From a virus, in IMG/VR virus record IMGVR_UViG_3300028374_000012, positions 5,696 to 69,695 of that record: a stretch of DNA of 64,000 nt. One strand, written 5' to 3'. A program made the translations under genes and the position numbers. The notes beneath the pieces were generated by a model that was not told where the DNA came from, made no database searches, and saw only the letters and a program-made list of their open reading frames with translations. Positions within the stretch are counted from its first letter, which is position 1. Each line of letters opens with the position of its first letter. This document shows positions 49,799 to 60,175 of the stretch, one piece after another.

Positions 49799-50340
49799 CA
49801 CAAAATAAAGCCCAAAAACAGCACAATTTTATAAACCCTTATTTTATATGGGTTTATAGGATTTCCTGTCAGCAAAAAAAAAGCTTGTCAGCGTAAAAAA
49901 CAGCAGAACCTATTATTTTTACTAATCTTAAGTAGGTTGGTGCTCCAAAAACACTTAACCATACTCTCTCCTATATATTTTTACTCTGTTCTATTACAAC
50001 ACTCTCTCTTACTCTCTCTTTTACTTTCTTTTTTAGGGAAAATAGTGGAAAAGATATATAACTAACTAATATATATAGAGTTAGAGATTTTTTTTGCTGG
50101 TTTAAACGTGTCATTTTATTACACTTGCTGGCTATCTTCCGGTGTTTATTAGACTTATAGCTGGGGTAAAAAACGTCGAGTTTTATTTGGAAATCAACAA
50201 ACTGAAGCTTTTAAAGTAAACATACCTTTCAACTTAAATTATTTAGGACACTAAATATTAAAGAATTTTAACCAACTAAATTCAAACATTAAAACTTTTT
50301 AATTATTACTACACTAAACATTAGAAATCTCTAATTAATA

Positions 50341-50356
50341 GGTATAAGAATAATGA
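50341..50356 (+). promoter_or_regulatory. Phage plus-strand promoter motif, copy 8
   Basis: GGTATAAGAATAATGA. Confidence 0.75.
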
Positions 50357-50381
50357 TAAAGACGAAAACTTAAATTAAATT

Positions 50382-51170
50382 ATGGACAACATATCAGAAT
50401 CAATTAGAAAACTAAAGCGAAGTTTATTTTTAAATGAGGATTTAGAGGATAACATGAAATTTCTGGATAACCTTAATTCACAGTTCTCACAGAAAGTTGT
50501 CGCTGTAAGAGGGGTAGGGACTTTAGGTCCTTTATATAACTTAAAGGTTGGCAAATATTCTACCGATCGAGAGTGCCAGGCAGTAGTCAATATGGTTAAT
50601 GAAATAATTGAGCATATAGAGCAAACTATGCTGGATGATGCTTTCGCCGGTAGAGTACTATATAACAAAAATCTAGAGGATAGTAATGTGGAAAAGCGGC
50701 GAGAGTTTCTTGCATTATATATATTGCACTATATAATGGATAGATCAGATCTGGGTAACCCCAAGTATTCAGAGTCTACAGTTTTAGCAAATAAAGAGTT
50801 TGCAGAAACTACAATAATTTTGGATACTGGAGATAAAGTCTTAGTTAGCACTAATAATCCTTCATTTAGGACTAATAATATAATTACTTATTATAATGAT
50901 GACTACAATTTCAAATTTAAAACTGATTTTAATGACAAGCGGTATGATGCTTTGGCCAACGAGGCCCAAAAAATACTCAACAACCATAATGAAACAGTAC
51001 GCGCCTTACCTTTCTCGCCTTTATTATACCACTCATCATCTAATATTGTAAACCAACGAATGAAAAATGCTTTCGAAGGCTACACAGACTTTCTAGAAGC
51101 TTTAATAATATATGCTCAAAATCAGCACAACTTTTTAATTAAAACAGATAAACCTAAAACAAATGATTAA
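50382..51170 (+). CDS. Hypothetical protein
   Basis: 262 aa after promoter. Confidence 0.65.
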   Translation: MDNISESIRKLKRSLFLNEDLEDNMKFLDNLNSQFSQKVVAVRGVGTLGPLYNLKVGKYSTDRECQAVVNMVNEIIEHIEQTMLDDAFAGRVLYNKNLEDSNVEKRREFLALYILHYIMDRSDLGNPKYSESTVLANKEFAETTIILDTGDKVLVSTNNPSFRTNNIITYYNDDYNFKFKTDFNDKRYDALANEAQKILNNHNETVRALPFSPLLYHSSSNIVNQRMKNAFEGYTDFLEALIIYAQNQHNFLIKTDKPKTND

Positions 51171-51499
51171 TGGCACTGCAATATTTTGAGAACCACCCAG
51201 AACCTGATAAACCTTATTGGAGCATCCTGGTAAATCAGGATAGAGATCAAACTCCAACAATGTTTAAAAAGATGGCAACTACAAACAACATGGGAGATAA
51301 TTCCTATGGTTATGTAGTTTACAACAAAGCGGGCGATGTTATAGCTTTCCAAATGCTGGATGAGCCTACAATCAAAGCTCCGGAGATTCCTAAAGACCCT
51401 AAAAAGGGTATGAAGGTTAATATAAAGGTACCAAGTCAATTCGGGATATTCCCGCCGTATAAAGTATTAAAATCAATCTTAAAAGACCAGAATAAATAA
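51170..51499 (+). CDS. Hypothetical protein
   Basis: TAATG-coupled to upstream gene. Confidence 0.65.
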   Translation: MALQYFENHPEPDKPYWSILVNQDRDQTPTMFKKMATTNNMGDNSYGYVVYNKAGDVIAFQMLDEPTIKAPEIPKDPKKGMKVNIKVPSQFGIFPPYKVLKSILKDQNK

Positions 51500-51500
51500 T

Positions 51501-51992
51501 ATGAGCATACTGACCGATATTCGAAAAGAGTACAAAGAAAGATTTTTTCAGACACCACTATGGTATCTAACAGATCTTGAGTGGGCTTGGTTAAAAGAGT
51601 CCTCAATTAAAACTTTGAAAAAGTTTCTAACTAACCCTAAAACTCCATTTGGCATCGGCAAACTTCTAGAGCTTTCATTATATTCCCAAACAACGTGTAT
51701 TTATGGTACACAGATAAATGGGAAAGAAATAAATGTTCAGCAATACGTCCACAATGATATCACAATTGTAGAAGAGTATTCTGACCGTTTAATTTTTAAA
51801 TTAAGAGGCTCGGAAGATCCATCCCCTAAACAGCTCGAAAAACATGTTATATCATTTTTTAATGTAATGGTCTTGATCTGGGGAACTCAAAAAGTTGCAG
51901 AGCACATGCAGATACCAGAAGGTGAGTTACTTTCCGTAACTTCCAACATCACTTTCGAGGATGGATTAATGGTTGAAAGCATGACAAACTAA
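51501..51992 (+). CDS. Hypothetical protein
   Basis: 163 aa in operon. Confidence 0.65.
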   Translation: MSILTDIRKEYKERFFQTPLWYLTDLEWAWLKESSIKTLKKFLTNPKTPFGIGKLLELSLYSQTTCIYGTQINGKEINVQQYVHNDITIVEEYSDRLIFKLRGSEDPSPKQLEKHVISFFNVMVLIWGTQKVAEHMQIPEGELLSVTSNITFEDGLMVESMTN

Positions 51993-52003
51993 ATAAACTA
52001 AGT

Positions 52004-52027
52004 AAACAAACAAACAAACAAACAAAC
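52004..52027 (+). repeat. (AAAC)6 microsatellite in a gene leader
   Basis: Six perfect units, 11 nt before ATG 52039. Confidence 0.85.
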
Positions 52028-52038
52028 GAAAACGTATT

Positions 52039-53655
52039 ATGGGAAATCCCGCACCAACGAAAACTAAAACAGACGTGAAACAACGAGATATAGGATTATT
52101 TCCAGTATTTGATTATCCAGACATTATAACCCAAACCAACCCGCTAACCTCAGAAGCTATCGAGCTAATGAGGCCATTCCATGAAACTCTTCTTGAGTTC
52201 TGTGGCCGCAACGAGATAAAACTTCAAAAAGCTTTCTTTGCCGGAGAGGGGACATCTACCGAAGAAGGTTTAAAAAACTTTACAGCTTACTTTGGTGGCC
52301 ACCGGATTAAAGTAAGGGATCTGGTTAATACAGATAAATTAAAAGAAATAGGTTATCGCAGACAATGCTGGGATATGCTAACACGCATTCGGACCCAAGG
52401 TAAACTCAACAGCTTTACTTATGAGAATCTATCGTTTGCACTGCCCATTACCCCAATAATTGAGTCAACCGAAACCACATCATATGACCTAAGAGAAACC
52501 GAAGCCACAAAGGTTACGCAACACCCGGCCACAGACGGTAAAATTTATGAGAAGCGAGAGCATCACATGAAATACCAGGTCCAGTTGTGGCACGAAAAGG
52601 ACGCAGCAAATGATGTAGGCTACGTGCCAAAGCACAAGCTTCCATTACGCGCCAAAGTATATGAGGTAGAGACCAAAGGCGGTTATACTAAAAAAGTAGA
52701 TATTATCAAAAAGATAAAATCTATGGGCGGTGATCATTATGAAGCAATGGAGCTACTACAGGACCCTAAAACAGACCCTACTGATTTAGACAAGCTGGTA
52801 AAAGATAGCATTACACAAGCAGCTAAAAAGTTTAAATCTGACCACGGAAAAGATTATGAGAAAACTGTTAAAGAGTTAGCCAGGCGTTATCCATTGTTAA
52901 CAGAAGATCAAATCCGCGATGCAATCAGAAGGTTGTATAATAAAGATGGGAATAAAGTACGAGACCTAGATTCTTTGGAAAGGGGCCTGGCTATTGCCCA
53001 AGGAAGATTAAAGCCTGTATGGCTTTGGAATATTCATACCCTGGAAGTAACAGAGTATATGGGAACCATAGTTCTTTCAGAGAAATTAGGGTATAGTTAT
53101 CCAGCTCATATCTCGCAATTGAAAGTAGAAGAAACAGTGATACAGAAAACTTATCTGATAACAGACGCTGGAAAGATTCCAGAAAGTTTGTTATCGAAAA
53201 TAGATGAGAAAATCAATATCATGCAACTTATTAACACACTCAGACCTCTGCTGGAAGACGCTATGTCAGCAAAGGATATTGAGATTATTACCCACAAGTT
53301 ACTCCACAGAAACTTGCAAAAAACCGCAGAATACTTTAAATTGCAGCCTAGTGTTATATCTCAGAAATGGGAAATGGCATTGGTGAATATATCAATGAAA
53401 GTAAAATCCGGTTTAAAGCATGAAACAACGGGATCTATCTCTGTGGTACCAATACAAGGCAGCGATGAAGAACGCATCAAAAATCTTGACAAACGACTCT
53501 CAACGAATGAAGACAATGCAACATCTGCAAAATCTTCAAGCTCAGAGTCAGGGAAACAGCCCCGTCAAAGCAAACCTGTATCGTTTGAGGACATCATTAT
53601 TCTCCGGACTGGATCCGAGAGAGATGGCGCATCTGATAATACATCTACACAGTAA
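52039..53655 (+). CDS. Hypothetical protein with possible C-terminal HTH motifs
   Basis: 538 aa; NUMOD1-like PVWLWN...LSEKLGY and sigma region-4-like MSAKDIEII...LQKTAEYFKL..SVISQ. Confidence 0.5.
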   Translation: MGNPAPTKTKTDVKQRDIGLFPVFDYPDIITQTNPLTSEAIELMRPFHETLLEFCGRNEIKLQKAFFAGEGTSTEEGLKNFTAYFGGHRIKVRDLVNTDKLKEIGYRRQCWDMLTRIRTQGKLNSFTYENLSFALPITPIIESTETTSYDLRETEATKVTQHPATDGKIYEKREHHMKYQVQLWHEKDAANDVGYVPKHKLPLRAKVYEVETKGGYTKKVDIIKKIKSMGGDHYEAMELLQDPKTDPTDLDKLVKDSITQAAKKFKSDHGKDYEKTVKELARRYPLLTEDQIRDAIRRLYNKDGNKVRDLDSLERGLAIAQGRLKPVWLWNIHTLEVTEYMGTIVLSEKLGYSYPAHISQLKVEETVIQKTYLITDAGKIPESLLSKIDEKINIMQLINTLRPLLEDAMSAKDIEIITHKLLHRNLQKTAEYFKLQPSVISQKWEMALVNISMKVKSGLKHETTGSISVVPIQGSDEERIKNLDKRLSTNEDNATSAKSSSSESGKQPRQSKPVSFEDIIILRTGSERDGASDNTSTQ

Positions 53656-53717
53656 ATAGTTTAAGGCCGGGCCCAGCGCCCGGCTTACTATTTTAAACCT
53701 AGTAAAAGATAAATACA

Positions 53718-53906
53718 ATGGAAGATAAGAAAGATAAAGAGGAGTTTGATGAACAAGCCTACTGGGAAACAATAACATCCAAGCCCGAGGTCGTCAAGCT
53801 ATTTAAACAACGAGAAAATATCGAACGGAAAATAAGAAAACTAGATAAAAAATCACTAGTATTATATGAGCTCCAAGCATTAATGGACTCAGAACAAAGC
53901 AAATAA
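53718..53906 (+). CDS. Small hypothetical protein
   Basis: 62 aa. Confidence 0.55.
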   Translation: MEDKKDKEEFDEQAYWETITSKPEVVKLFKQRENIERKIRKLDKKSLVLYELQALMDSEQSK

Positions 53907-53916
53907 AAAAAGAGAG

Positions 53917-54696
53917 ATGTTTAAGCAGAATGAAATAGAATTAAACGAGGAGAAACATACTTATACAGTAAAGGGAGCGGAACATTTAAAATTTACTTCT
54001 GCAACAACATTTATAGGGGATCATTTTAAACCATTCAATGCAGAAGAGATAGCCAAAGACCTCATTAAAAAGTATGATAAATACAAAAACAAAACGCCTG
54101 AGCAAATACTTAATGGCTGGAACCACATAGCTCAGCTTGGCACTGAGGTCCACAAAGAGATTGAAGATTGGATTATACTTTGGTCAAAAATGAGTGAAGA
54201 TGATTATGAACCAATACATAATAAATCTCGCCACGGCATTCTTTGGCTACAAGAAAACCTTAGCAGGAAATATGAAGTTTTCCCAGAAGTAAAGTTATTT
54301 TCTATAAAGCTGCAATTAGCAGGAACAGTTGATTTAATTATAAGAGACCCCGAGTCAGGGCTTTTTGTAATGGTTGATTGGAAGACTAACAAGAAAATAA
54401 CCAACCGAGCATACATGGGCCAAAAAGGCACACATTATGCAACACGGTTTCTGGAAGATCATAAATTAAATAAGTATGCATTACAAATGAGTTTATACAC
54501 CTATTTACTTGAAAAGTATTATGGAATTAAAATTCACAAAAGACTGCTTATCCATTTAAGACCTAATCAAACAGCATATTACCCACTCGGCATAAAAGAG
54601 TATGAAACAGAATATCTAAAACCCAATATTATTAAAATGGTAGAAGAAAGATTACGGAAAAAGGAGAATAATGAGTTATTTAGGCAATATTCCTAA
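53917..54696 (+). CDS. PD-(D/E)XK exonuclease (RecB/Cas4-like phage family)
   Basis: HTY, SATT, GTEVH, PE, AGTVDL, DWKT, YALQMSLY. Confidence 0.85.
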   Translation: MFKQNEIELNEEKHTYTVKGAEHLKFTSATTFIGDHFKPFNAEEIAKDLIKKYDKYKNKTPEQILNGWNHIAQLGTEVHKEIEDWIILWSKMSEDDYEPIHNKSRHGILWLQENLSRKYEVFPEVKLFSIKLQLAGTVDLIIRDPESGLFVMVDWKTNKKITNRAYMGQKGTHYATRFLEDHKLNKYALQMSLYTYLLEKYYGIKIHKRLLIHLRPNQTAYYPLGIKEYETEYLKPNIIKMVEERLRKKENNELFRQYS

Positions 54697-55663
54697 AATA
54701 TATGACGAGGGCGATAACTTTGAGTGGGATACCGAAGCCCCGCCAAGCTTTTATGATGATTTATCAGACCCATCAAACCAAACAAGGATAATGAAAAATA
54801 AAGTAGAAAAGTCCTGGGTACATCTAGGAGATTCAGTATATAACTTATCTGGTAAACACGAAAACAAATTACCTCCCGGATATTATACACCAGAACTTAA
54901 TAATAGGACCAGGACAGTAGATTTCAAGAAAAAGGTTATACACACTGATGATTTAATGATACCCAATGATCCAACCTACAAGGAAATTTTAAAAGAAGTA
55001 AATCAGTTTTTTAAAAATGGAAAGAAGTTTAAAGAAAATGGGTTCATGCATTCACGTGGTTATATGCTCCACGGGCCTCCAGGATCGGGCAAGACAGCCT
55101 TAATCCAATTATTAATACAAGAGTATACCAAAGAAGGTTATCTAGTCTTAGACGGCTCGCGTCCCGAGTTTTTAATTGCAGCAATTGAAATAATAAGGCT
55201 AATTGAACCAATAAGACCATTACTTGTGATTTTTGAAGATATCGATGCATTGTTTGAGTATTACGGTGAAGAAGAAGTCATAAATTATCTTGATGGCACC
55301 ACGCAAACAAACCACGTACTTAATATAGCTACAACAAACTATCCTGAAAAATTAGATAGAAGAATTATCAATCGCCCACGGCGCTTTGATAGGGTTGTAA
55401 ATATAGGAATGCCTTCAGAGACAGTACGTCGTCAATATTTCCATGAATCTCACAATATAGCAAAAGAAGAACTAGATAAGTGGGTTAAGCTTACTAAAGG
55501 ATTCTCTTTTAGCGCAATGAGTGATGTAGTTATAAGTGTAAAGTGTTTTGATTACAAACTAGAGCATGCAGTAGAGAAATTAAAAGATTTACTATTTACA
55601 AAGAAAGATAGTAACAACTACAATAATGAATTTACAGAATCTGGAAAACACGTAGGATTTTAA
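54671..55663 (+). CDS. AAA+ ATPase
   Basis: GPPGSGKT, IFEDID, ATTNYPEKLD, RPRRFD. Confidence 0.9.
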   Translation: MSYLGNIPKIYDEGDNFEWDTEAPPSFYDDLSDPSNQTRIMKNKVEKSWVHLGDSVYNLSGKHENKLPPGYYTPELNNRTRTVDFKKKVIHTDDLMIPNDPTYKEILKEVNQFFKNGKKFKENGFMHSRGYMLHGPPGSGKTALIQLLIQEYTKEGYLVLDGSRPEFLIAAIEIIRLIEPIRPLLVIFEDIDALFEYYGEEEVINYLDGTTQTNHVLNIATTNYPEKLDRRIINRPRRFDRVVNIGMPSETVRRQYFHESHNIAKEELDKWVKLTKGFSFSAMSDVVISVKCFDYKLEHAVEKLKDLLFTKKDSNNYNNEFTESGKHVGF

Positions 55664-55686
55664 ATAAGCAAAATTAAACAGAAAAC

Positions 55687-58458
55687 ATGTCATTACAAGA
55701 AATCGAGAAAAGCCATATTAGAAGTGGCCAAGAAGGATTGGCAAGAGAAATTGACCAGTCCTCCCACAACATAATGCTTGATGTACTGCAAGTTAGCCAG
55801 TACACCAAGCCTATAGATTCAACAGTCCGTGAATTAGCATCCAACGCAGTTGATTCACAAAAAGAGAAAAAAATAGCAATTGAAATATTAACAGGCGAAT
55901 CAAAGCCTGAAAAATACTTTCACACACGTGAAGGTTCGCAGTATAAGGATTCTCGCTGGACTCCGGAGTATTACTCGTTAAACCATTTAGACATGGATAA
56001 CAATAATGTAGTACTTTCATATGAAGAAGGAACCGGCGTAGGATTTACTGATAAATTTATTGTAACAGATTTCGGTGTGGGACTAGGAATGCCACGCCTT
56101 AAAGGATATCTGTCATTAGGCTATTCTACTAAACGTAACAGCGCCAGTGCTTTTGGTGCCTATGGTTTAGGTGCAAAATCGTCGCTCTCGACCGGAGCTG
56201 ACTATTATACGGTGGAAACAGTCCATAATGGGAAAAAATTCAAGCTGAATTGTTTCGCATACAAGATTGATTCTATTATCCCAAAGTTTAATGTAGAAAA
56301 TAACAGAGTAAATAACTTTGTAAATATCGGGTCCGAGGAAAAACCTTATTATGCCTACTATGAGGAGACAGACTCGAAGAATTACACACGCATCATAACC
56401 CCGGTTAAAAGGCATAACCGGAAACGCTACAAATCAGCTGTAAAAACACAGCTATTATACTTCGACAATGTAATCTTTAACTATAAAGATGAAGATGGTC
56501 ATGAGACAACGGTACCATTTAAAGCTCGAGTACTATATAATAGTAACAACCTGCTTATAAGCGATACTATCCAGTTTCATCGCCCACACATTGTGGTAGT
56601 AAAAGAAAAGGGTTCCACGTTTGGAGTTACTTATGGAACAATAGATTTCCAGGAATTGGAAATGCAAACACTCAGCGGAACAATAGGATTTAAGTGTCCT
56701 ATCCGGAGTGTAGATAGAGACCCGGAAACGGGTGACGAGAAAGTATTACAAGAAGGCGTGACTGTGAATCCGAGTAGAGAGTCGGTAATCTGGGATAACC
56801 ATACAAGAAACTATATACAAACTATCATTAGTGCAGCACAAACTGAAGCATCTGATTTAATTTCTGAGCAATTAAAAGAAGAAGACTTTTATGCCTGGCT
56901 ACAAAAAGCCAACGAAATTATTAACAGAGCACAGAATCGGTACTCTCAAAACGCACTTGGTGAAATTTCAAAAATTGTAGATAGTACTAAGATTACCGCC
57001 AAATACCAGAAAGATAAGACTATTAAATTTTACCAAAACCCTGATGTATTCTTCTGGGGAATAAATCTGCGACTTATTCGCACCCAAAATGGTAAATGGG
57101 AAAGAGAAACAGGAACATATAAAAAAGAAATAAAACGACTACCCCTAGAATCATGGGGTTCCTTTTTTCCTGACCGGTTATATAAAATGGAAGGAGACGA
57201 CAAGTCTTCTCCAGTAAAAGATCGGTACCTAATAGAATACCACGGAGGCAGCTTTAATCAAATAAAGCTTCAAGATCGTGAAAGCTTAATTAAAGAAGCC
57301 AAAGAAAAGCATAAAGATTGGGAAGAAGATAAAGTTCTTGCATGGGTTGATAAAAGAATCAAAACAAGAGATAAGATCTATGGCTATCTTACAACAAATG
57401 AAAATGTTGAGGTTAAAGCTTATAATGGTGTGGAGGTTCCCGAGGACTTTGAGAAAAAAGTCTCTAAGGAAATTGAAGAAGGAAAAAAAATAGAAACTCT
57501 TTCCCCGGCCGAAAAGCGAGCACTACATGGAAAAGTAGTTTGTTATACCTATGAATACAAAGAAGGTTCCTATGGGAACCATGAATATAAGCTAAACAAA
57601 GAAGAACCTATTCTAGGTGAGCTTGACGATATCCAACATCCGGTTGTATATGGCACTCAGGCTGATGACCCTAAATTTAAAATGCTGGCCAACTTATTCC
57701 ACTACCGGCACAAGCAGTTCCAATACAAACCAAACTTCTTTCCTGTACAAAAGTTAAAAGAGGAAGATTATAATGGGGTAGCATTCGCCCGCTTCTCAAA
57801 GAGAAACACAAAACATGTAAAACAAAACCCTAATTTTATTCACGTGGACAAATATCTTTGGAATCATGACAAAAAATCGTATAATGTAGGTACAGCCTTC
57901 ATCCCATTATTCACCTCTATGTTTATATATAAAAGGCTCAGAAACTTGTCTTATTTGACAAATTTCAGTATATTTAATGAGGACATGTCTAAGGCTTACA
58001 ACCTTTTAGTTCAATACAAAAATGACTGTTATATTGATTCATCTTTAGGAAGAGTTGAGCATAACAGCATCTTTAAAGAGTTTAAAAAGAAGGCCCAAGA
58101 TCTTCAAGAGTTTCAATTGCTTCTAGAAGAAAACAAGGGTAATCTTGATGAGGTTGTAAGAAAACAGAAGTCTAAAGAACTAACCGGACATGAAGAACTA
58201 GAAAGTGCAACTGTATTAGATATGAGCATTGTTCACCTACTACAAGAGCTTGAAACATACAGCGAAAATATAAAAGATTTGTTTAACCATATCTCATTTT
58301 TAGAAGATGCTGACAGACAAATTCCAACTGAAGCACAACGATTGGTAACTGAAATTCTGCAGAATGAATCATTAGATTCCTTTAAGTTATCAGACAAATC
58401 TATCACCACTTTAGATAAATTAAGTGGTAAAAAACAAGAAGTAAATAATGACAACTAA
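55687..58458 (+). CDS. rIIA: rIIA-like protein (N-terminal GHKL ATPase)
   Basis: VRELASNAVDS, DFGVGL, STKRNS..FG.YGLGAKS, V.VNPSRES; paired with rIIB-like gene. Confidence 0.8.
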   Translation: MSLQEIEKSHIRSGQEGLAREIDQSSHNIMLDVLQVSQYTKPIDSTVRELASNAVDSQKEKKIAIEILTGESKPEKYFHTREGSQYKDSRWTPEYYSLNHLDMDNNNVVLSYEEGTGVGFTDKFIVTDFGVGLGMPRLKGYLSLGYSTKRNSASAFGAYGLGAKSSLSTGADYYTVETVHNGKKFKLNCFAYKIDSIIPKFNVENNRVNNFVNIGSEEKPYYAYYEETDSKNYTRIITPVKRHNRKRYKSAVKTQLLYFDNVIFNYKDEDGHETTVPFKARVLYNSNNLLISDTIQFHRPHIVVVKEKGSTFGVTYGTIDFQELEMQTLSGTIGFKCPIRSVDRDPETGDEKVLQEGVTVNPSRESVIWDNHTRNYIQTIISAAQTEASDLISEQLKEEDFYAWLQKANEIINRAQNRYSQNALGEISKIVDSTKITAKYQKDKTIKFYQNPDVFFWGINLRLIRTQNGKWERETGTYKKEIKRLPLESWGSFFPDRLYKMEGDDKSSPVKDRYLIEYHGGSFNQIKLQDRESLIKEAKEKHKDWEEDKVLAWVDKRIKTRDKIYGYLTTNENVEVKAYNGVEVPEDFEKKVSKEIEEGKKIETLSPAEKRALHGKVVCYTYEYKEGSYGNHEYKLNKEEPILGELDDIQHPVVYGTQADDPKFKMLANLFHYRHKQFQYKPNFFPVQKLKEEDYNGVAFARFSKRNTKHVKQNPNFIHVDKYLWNHDKKSYNVGTAFIPLFTSMFIYKRLRNLSYLTNFSIFNEDMSKAYNLLVQYKNDCYIDSSLGRVEHNSIFKEFKKKAQDLQEFQLLLEENKGNLDEVVRKQKSKELTGHEELESATVLDMSIVHLLQELETYSENIKDLFNHISFLEDADRQIPTEAQRLVTEILQNESLDSFKLSDKSITTLDKLSGKKQEVNNDN

Positions 58459-58478
58459 ATTTTTAAATAATTACATAT

Positions 58479-59702
58479 ATGTTAACATTCAACGTTATTA
58501 ATAACAACATCGTAGGAAGTATTGACGGAGAAGACTTTTCAACTCCATATAAAAAAGATACATGGGCCAGCCTTACAGAGGCCCAAGGGGCCTTCACCAA
58601 AGCCGAGTCTTTAGAAGATGCAAAGAATATTCTAAAAGATGTAAAGCCCCTTGTACTGGAAAGTGCAGAAGTAAACCTTGAAGACTTTTCAGATTTTCTT
58701 GTATTCAATAACAAGTTTAGAACATACCATCTTCGAAATGATGGTAAAGTATCGCCTATCTCCTTGCCGAAGAATCTGGTCGACAAAATGAAGTATGTCA
58801 TTGATAATGAGCTTCCCGTTGATCCTCTGGTAAAATTCACACTTCGAACACTCCGGAATCCAAATGTATTTGAAGCAGCATCAAGTGCCGCCGCAGCTTA
58901 TTTTCTCCACCAAGCCACCAATTATACTTTCCAAACATTCACCTCACCAAACTTGTTTAAAAAGTTTCACGAGGAAGAGGGACTATCTGAAGAGGTAGCC
59001 AGGGAAATGGCACAAGTGCCACAAACCCCAATTTCAATGGAAGGTTTAATGCTTACTAAGAAAGTAGTGCGTCCACTTTATGACAAGATGAGATATCGCT
59101 ATGAACTTGATGAGGATGGAAATCCCAGAAAAGTTCTGCGAGACAAGAGTGACAAGCAAATTGATCCGGAAACAGGAGAGATTACCTGGAAGTCACCAGA
59201 ATTTGCAGAAGACTTCATTATGCAGCCATATGTTATGAGAGGGGGCGGTGATGCGTTTTATTGTGGAGTTCCCGGAGAAGAAGGCACAACAAAAGGCCAT
59301 ATTATCCGAATTGGGCAACTGATGTCTCTAGAAAATTGGGACCAAGTTAATTGTGATCCGCAGCAAACCTGTCGACGGGGACTGCATGCCGGTAATTATG
59401 ATTATATAAATGGATTTGAACATTCTGAGTCGCTGACTCTGGAATGCTTAATGGATCCTCGTGATATTGGAGCAATTCCCCACCATGATATTAGTGGAGT
59501 TGTAAGAGGATTTAAAATGATGCCTTGTGCTTTTAAAGATAGAAGCATCGATAATAGAAACGTATATCACCCATCAACATATGCAGAGCTTTCTGATTCT
59601 CAGTGGGAAACAGAGCGCTTAGCAGTAATTGAAAATTATCAAGGTAAAGTTGATGAAGTACAAAAACAACTTGATGAAATCACAGTAAAAACTTCGTTCT
59701 AA
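58479..59702 (+). CDS. rIIB: rIIB-like protein
   Basis: PLVKF....LRNP, PI...G.....K.V, V.CDP.QTC..GLHAG...Y, DPRD..AIP; follows rIIA-like gene. Confidence 0.78.
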   Translation: MLTFNVINNNIVGSIDGEDFSTPYKKDTWASLTEAQGAFTKAESLEDAKNILKDVKPLVLESAEVNLEDFSDFLVFNNKFRTYHLRNDGKVSPISLPKNLVDKMKYVIDNELPVDPLVKFTLRTLRNPNVFEAASSAAAAYFLHQATNYTFQTFTSPNLFKKFHEEEGLSEEVAREMAQVPQTPISMEGLMLTKKVVRPLYDKMRYRYELDEDGNPRKVLRDKSDKQIDPETGEITWKSPEFAEDFIMQPYVMRGGGDAFYCGVPGEEGTTKGHIIRIGQLMSLENWDQVNCDPQQTCRRGLHAGNYDYINGFEHSESLTLECLMDPRDIGAIPHHDISGVVRGFKMMPCAFKDRSIDNRNVYHPSTYAELSDSQWETERLAVIENYQGKVDEVQKQLDEITVKTSF

Positions 59703-59735
59703 TGATTCCAATCACTAGTTAAGAGACAATATGGA

Positions 59736-59774
59736 ACCGGCCTTTTACTTAAGTGTAGGGGGCCGGTTTTTTTT
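59736..59774 (+). terminator. Intrinsic terminator
   Basis: AACCGGCC...GGCCGGTT hairpin then T tract. Confidence 0.8.
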
Positions 59775-59806
59775 ATTCAATACACAAAAAAAAATTTGGT
59801 TGAGAA

Positions 59807-60175
59807 ATGATAAATGAATTAAATAAATTAGAAGAAGCTTTTAATGAAATAATGGACAAAACAGGGCCAACACTGCTCCGAGAGTTTTATAAAATCAAAA
59901 GGTCCAACAAAAAAGGCTTTATAAGCGAGCCTAATCAATATGATATGTACATATTCACCGAAAATGACATAATCTATGAGTTGACAAACAGGATACCTCA
60001 ACAGGAAATGGTCCTTTATATAAGGAAACCAATGCAACCCCCAACAAGGTTTGTTTTTACATATATTTTTGGGATGTTTACCCAACCATATTCCAAACAT
60101 CAAATGTATATTAATTACTATCATGAATTAAAAACATTTTTACATGAATTTCACAAAAGACTACCCCAACCTTAA
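59807..60175 (+). CDS. Hypothetical protein
   Basis: 122 aa. Confidence 0.55.
   Translation: MINELNKLEEAFNEIMDKTGPTLLREFYKIKRSNKKGFISEPNQYDMYIFTENDIIYELTNRIPQQEMVLYIRKPMQPPTRFVFTYIFGMFTQPYSKHQMYINYYHELKTFLHEFHKRLPQP

Noticed and set aside
53917-54696. CRISPR-associated Cas4
   Set aside because: Lacks the Fe-S cysteines and CRISPR context; typical phage exonuclease.
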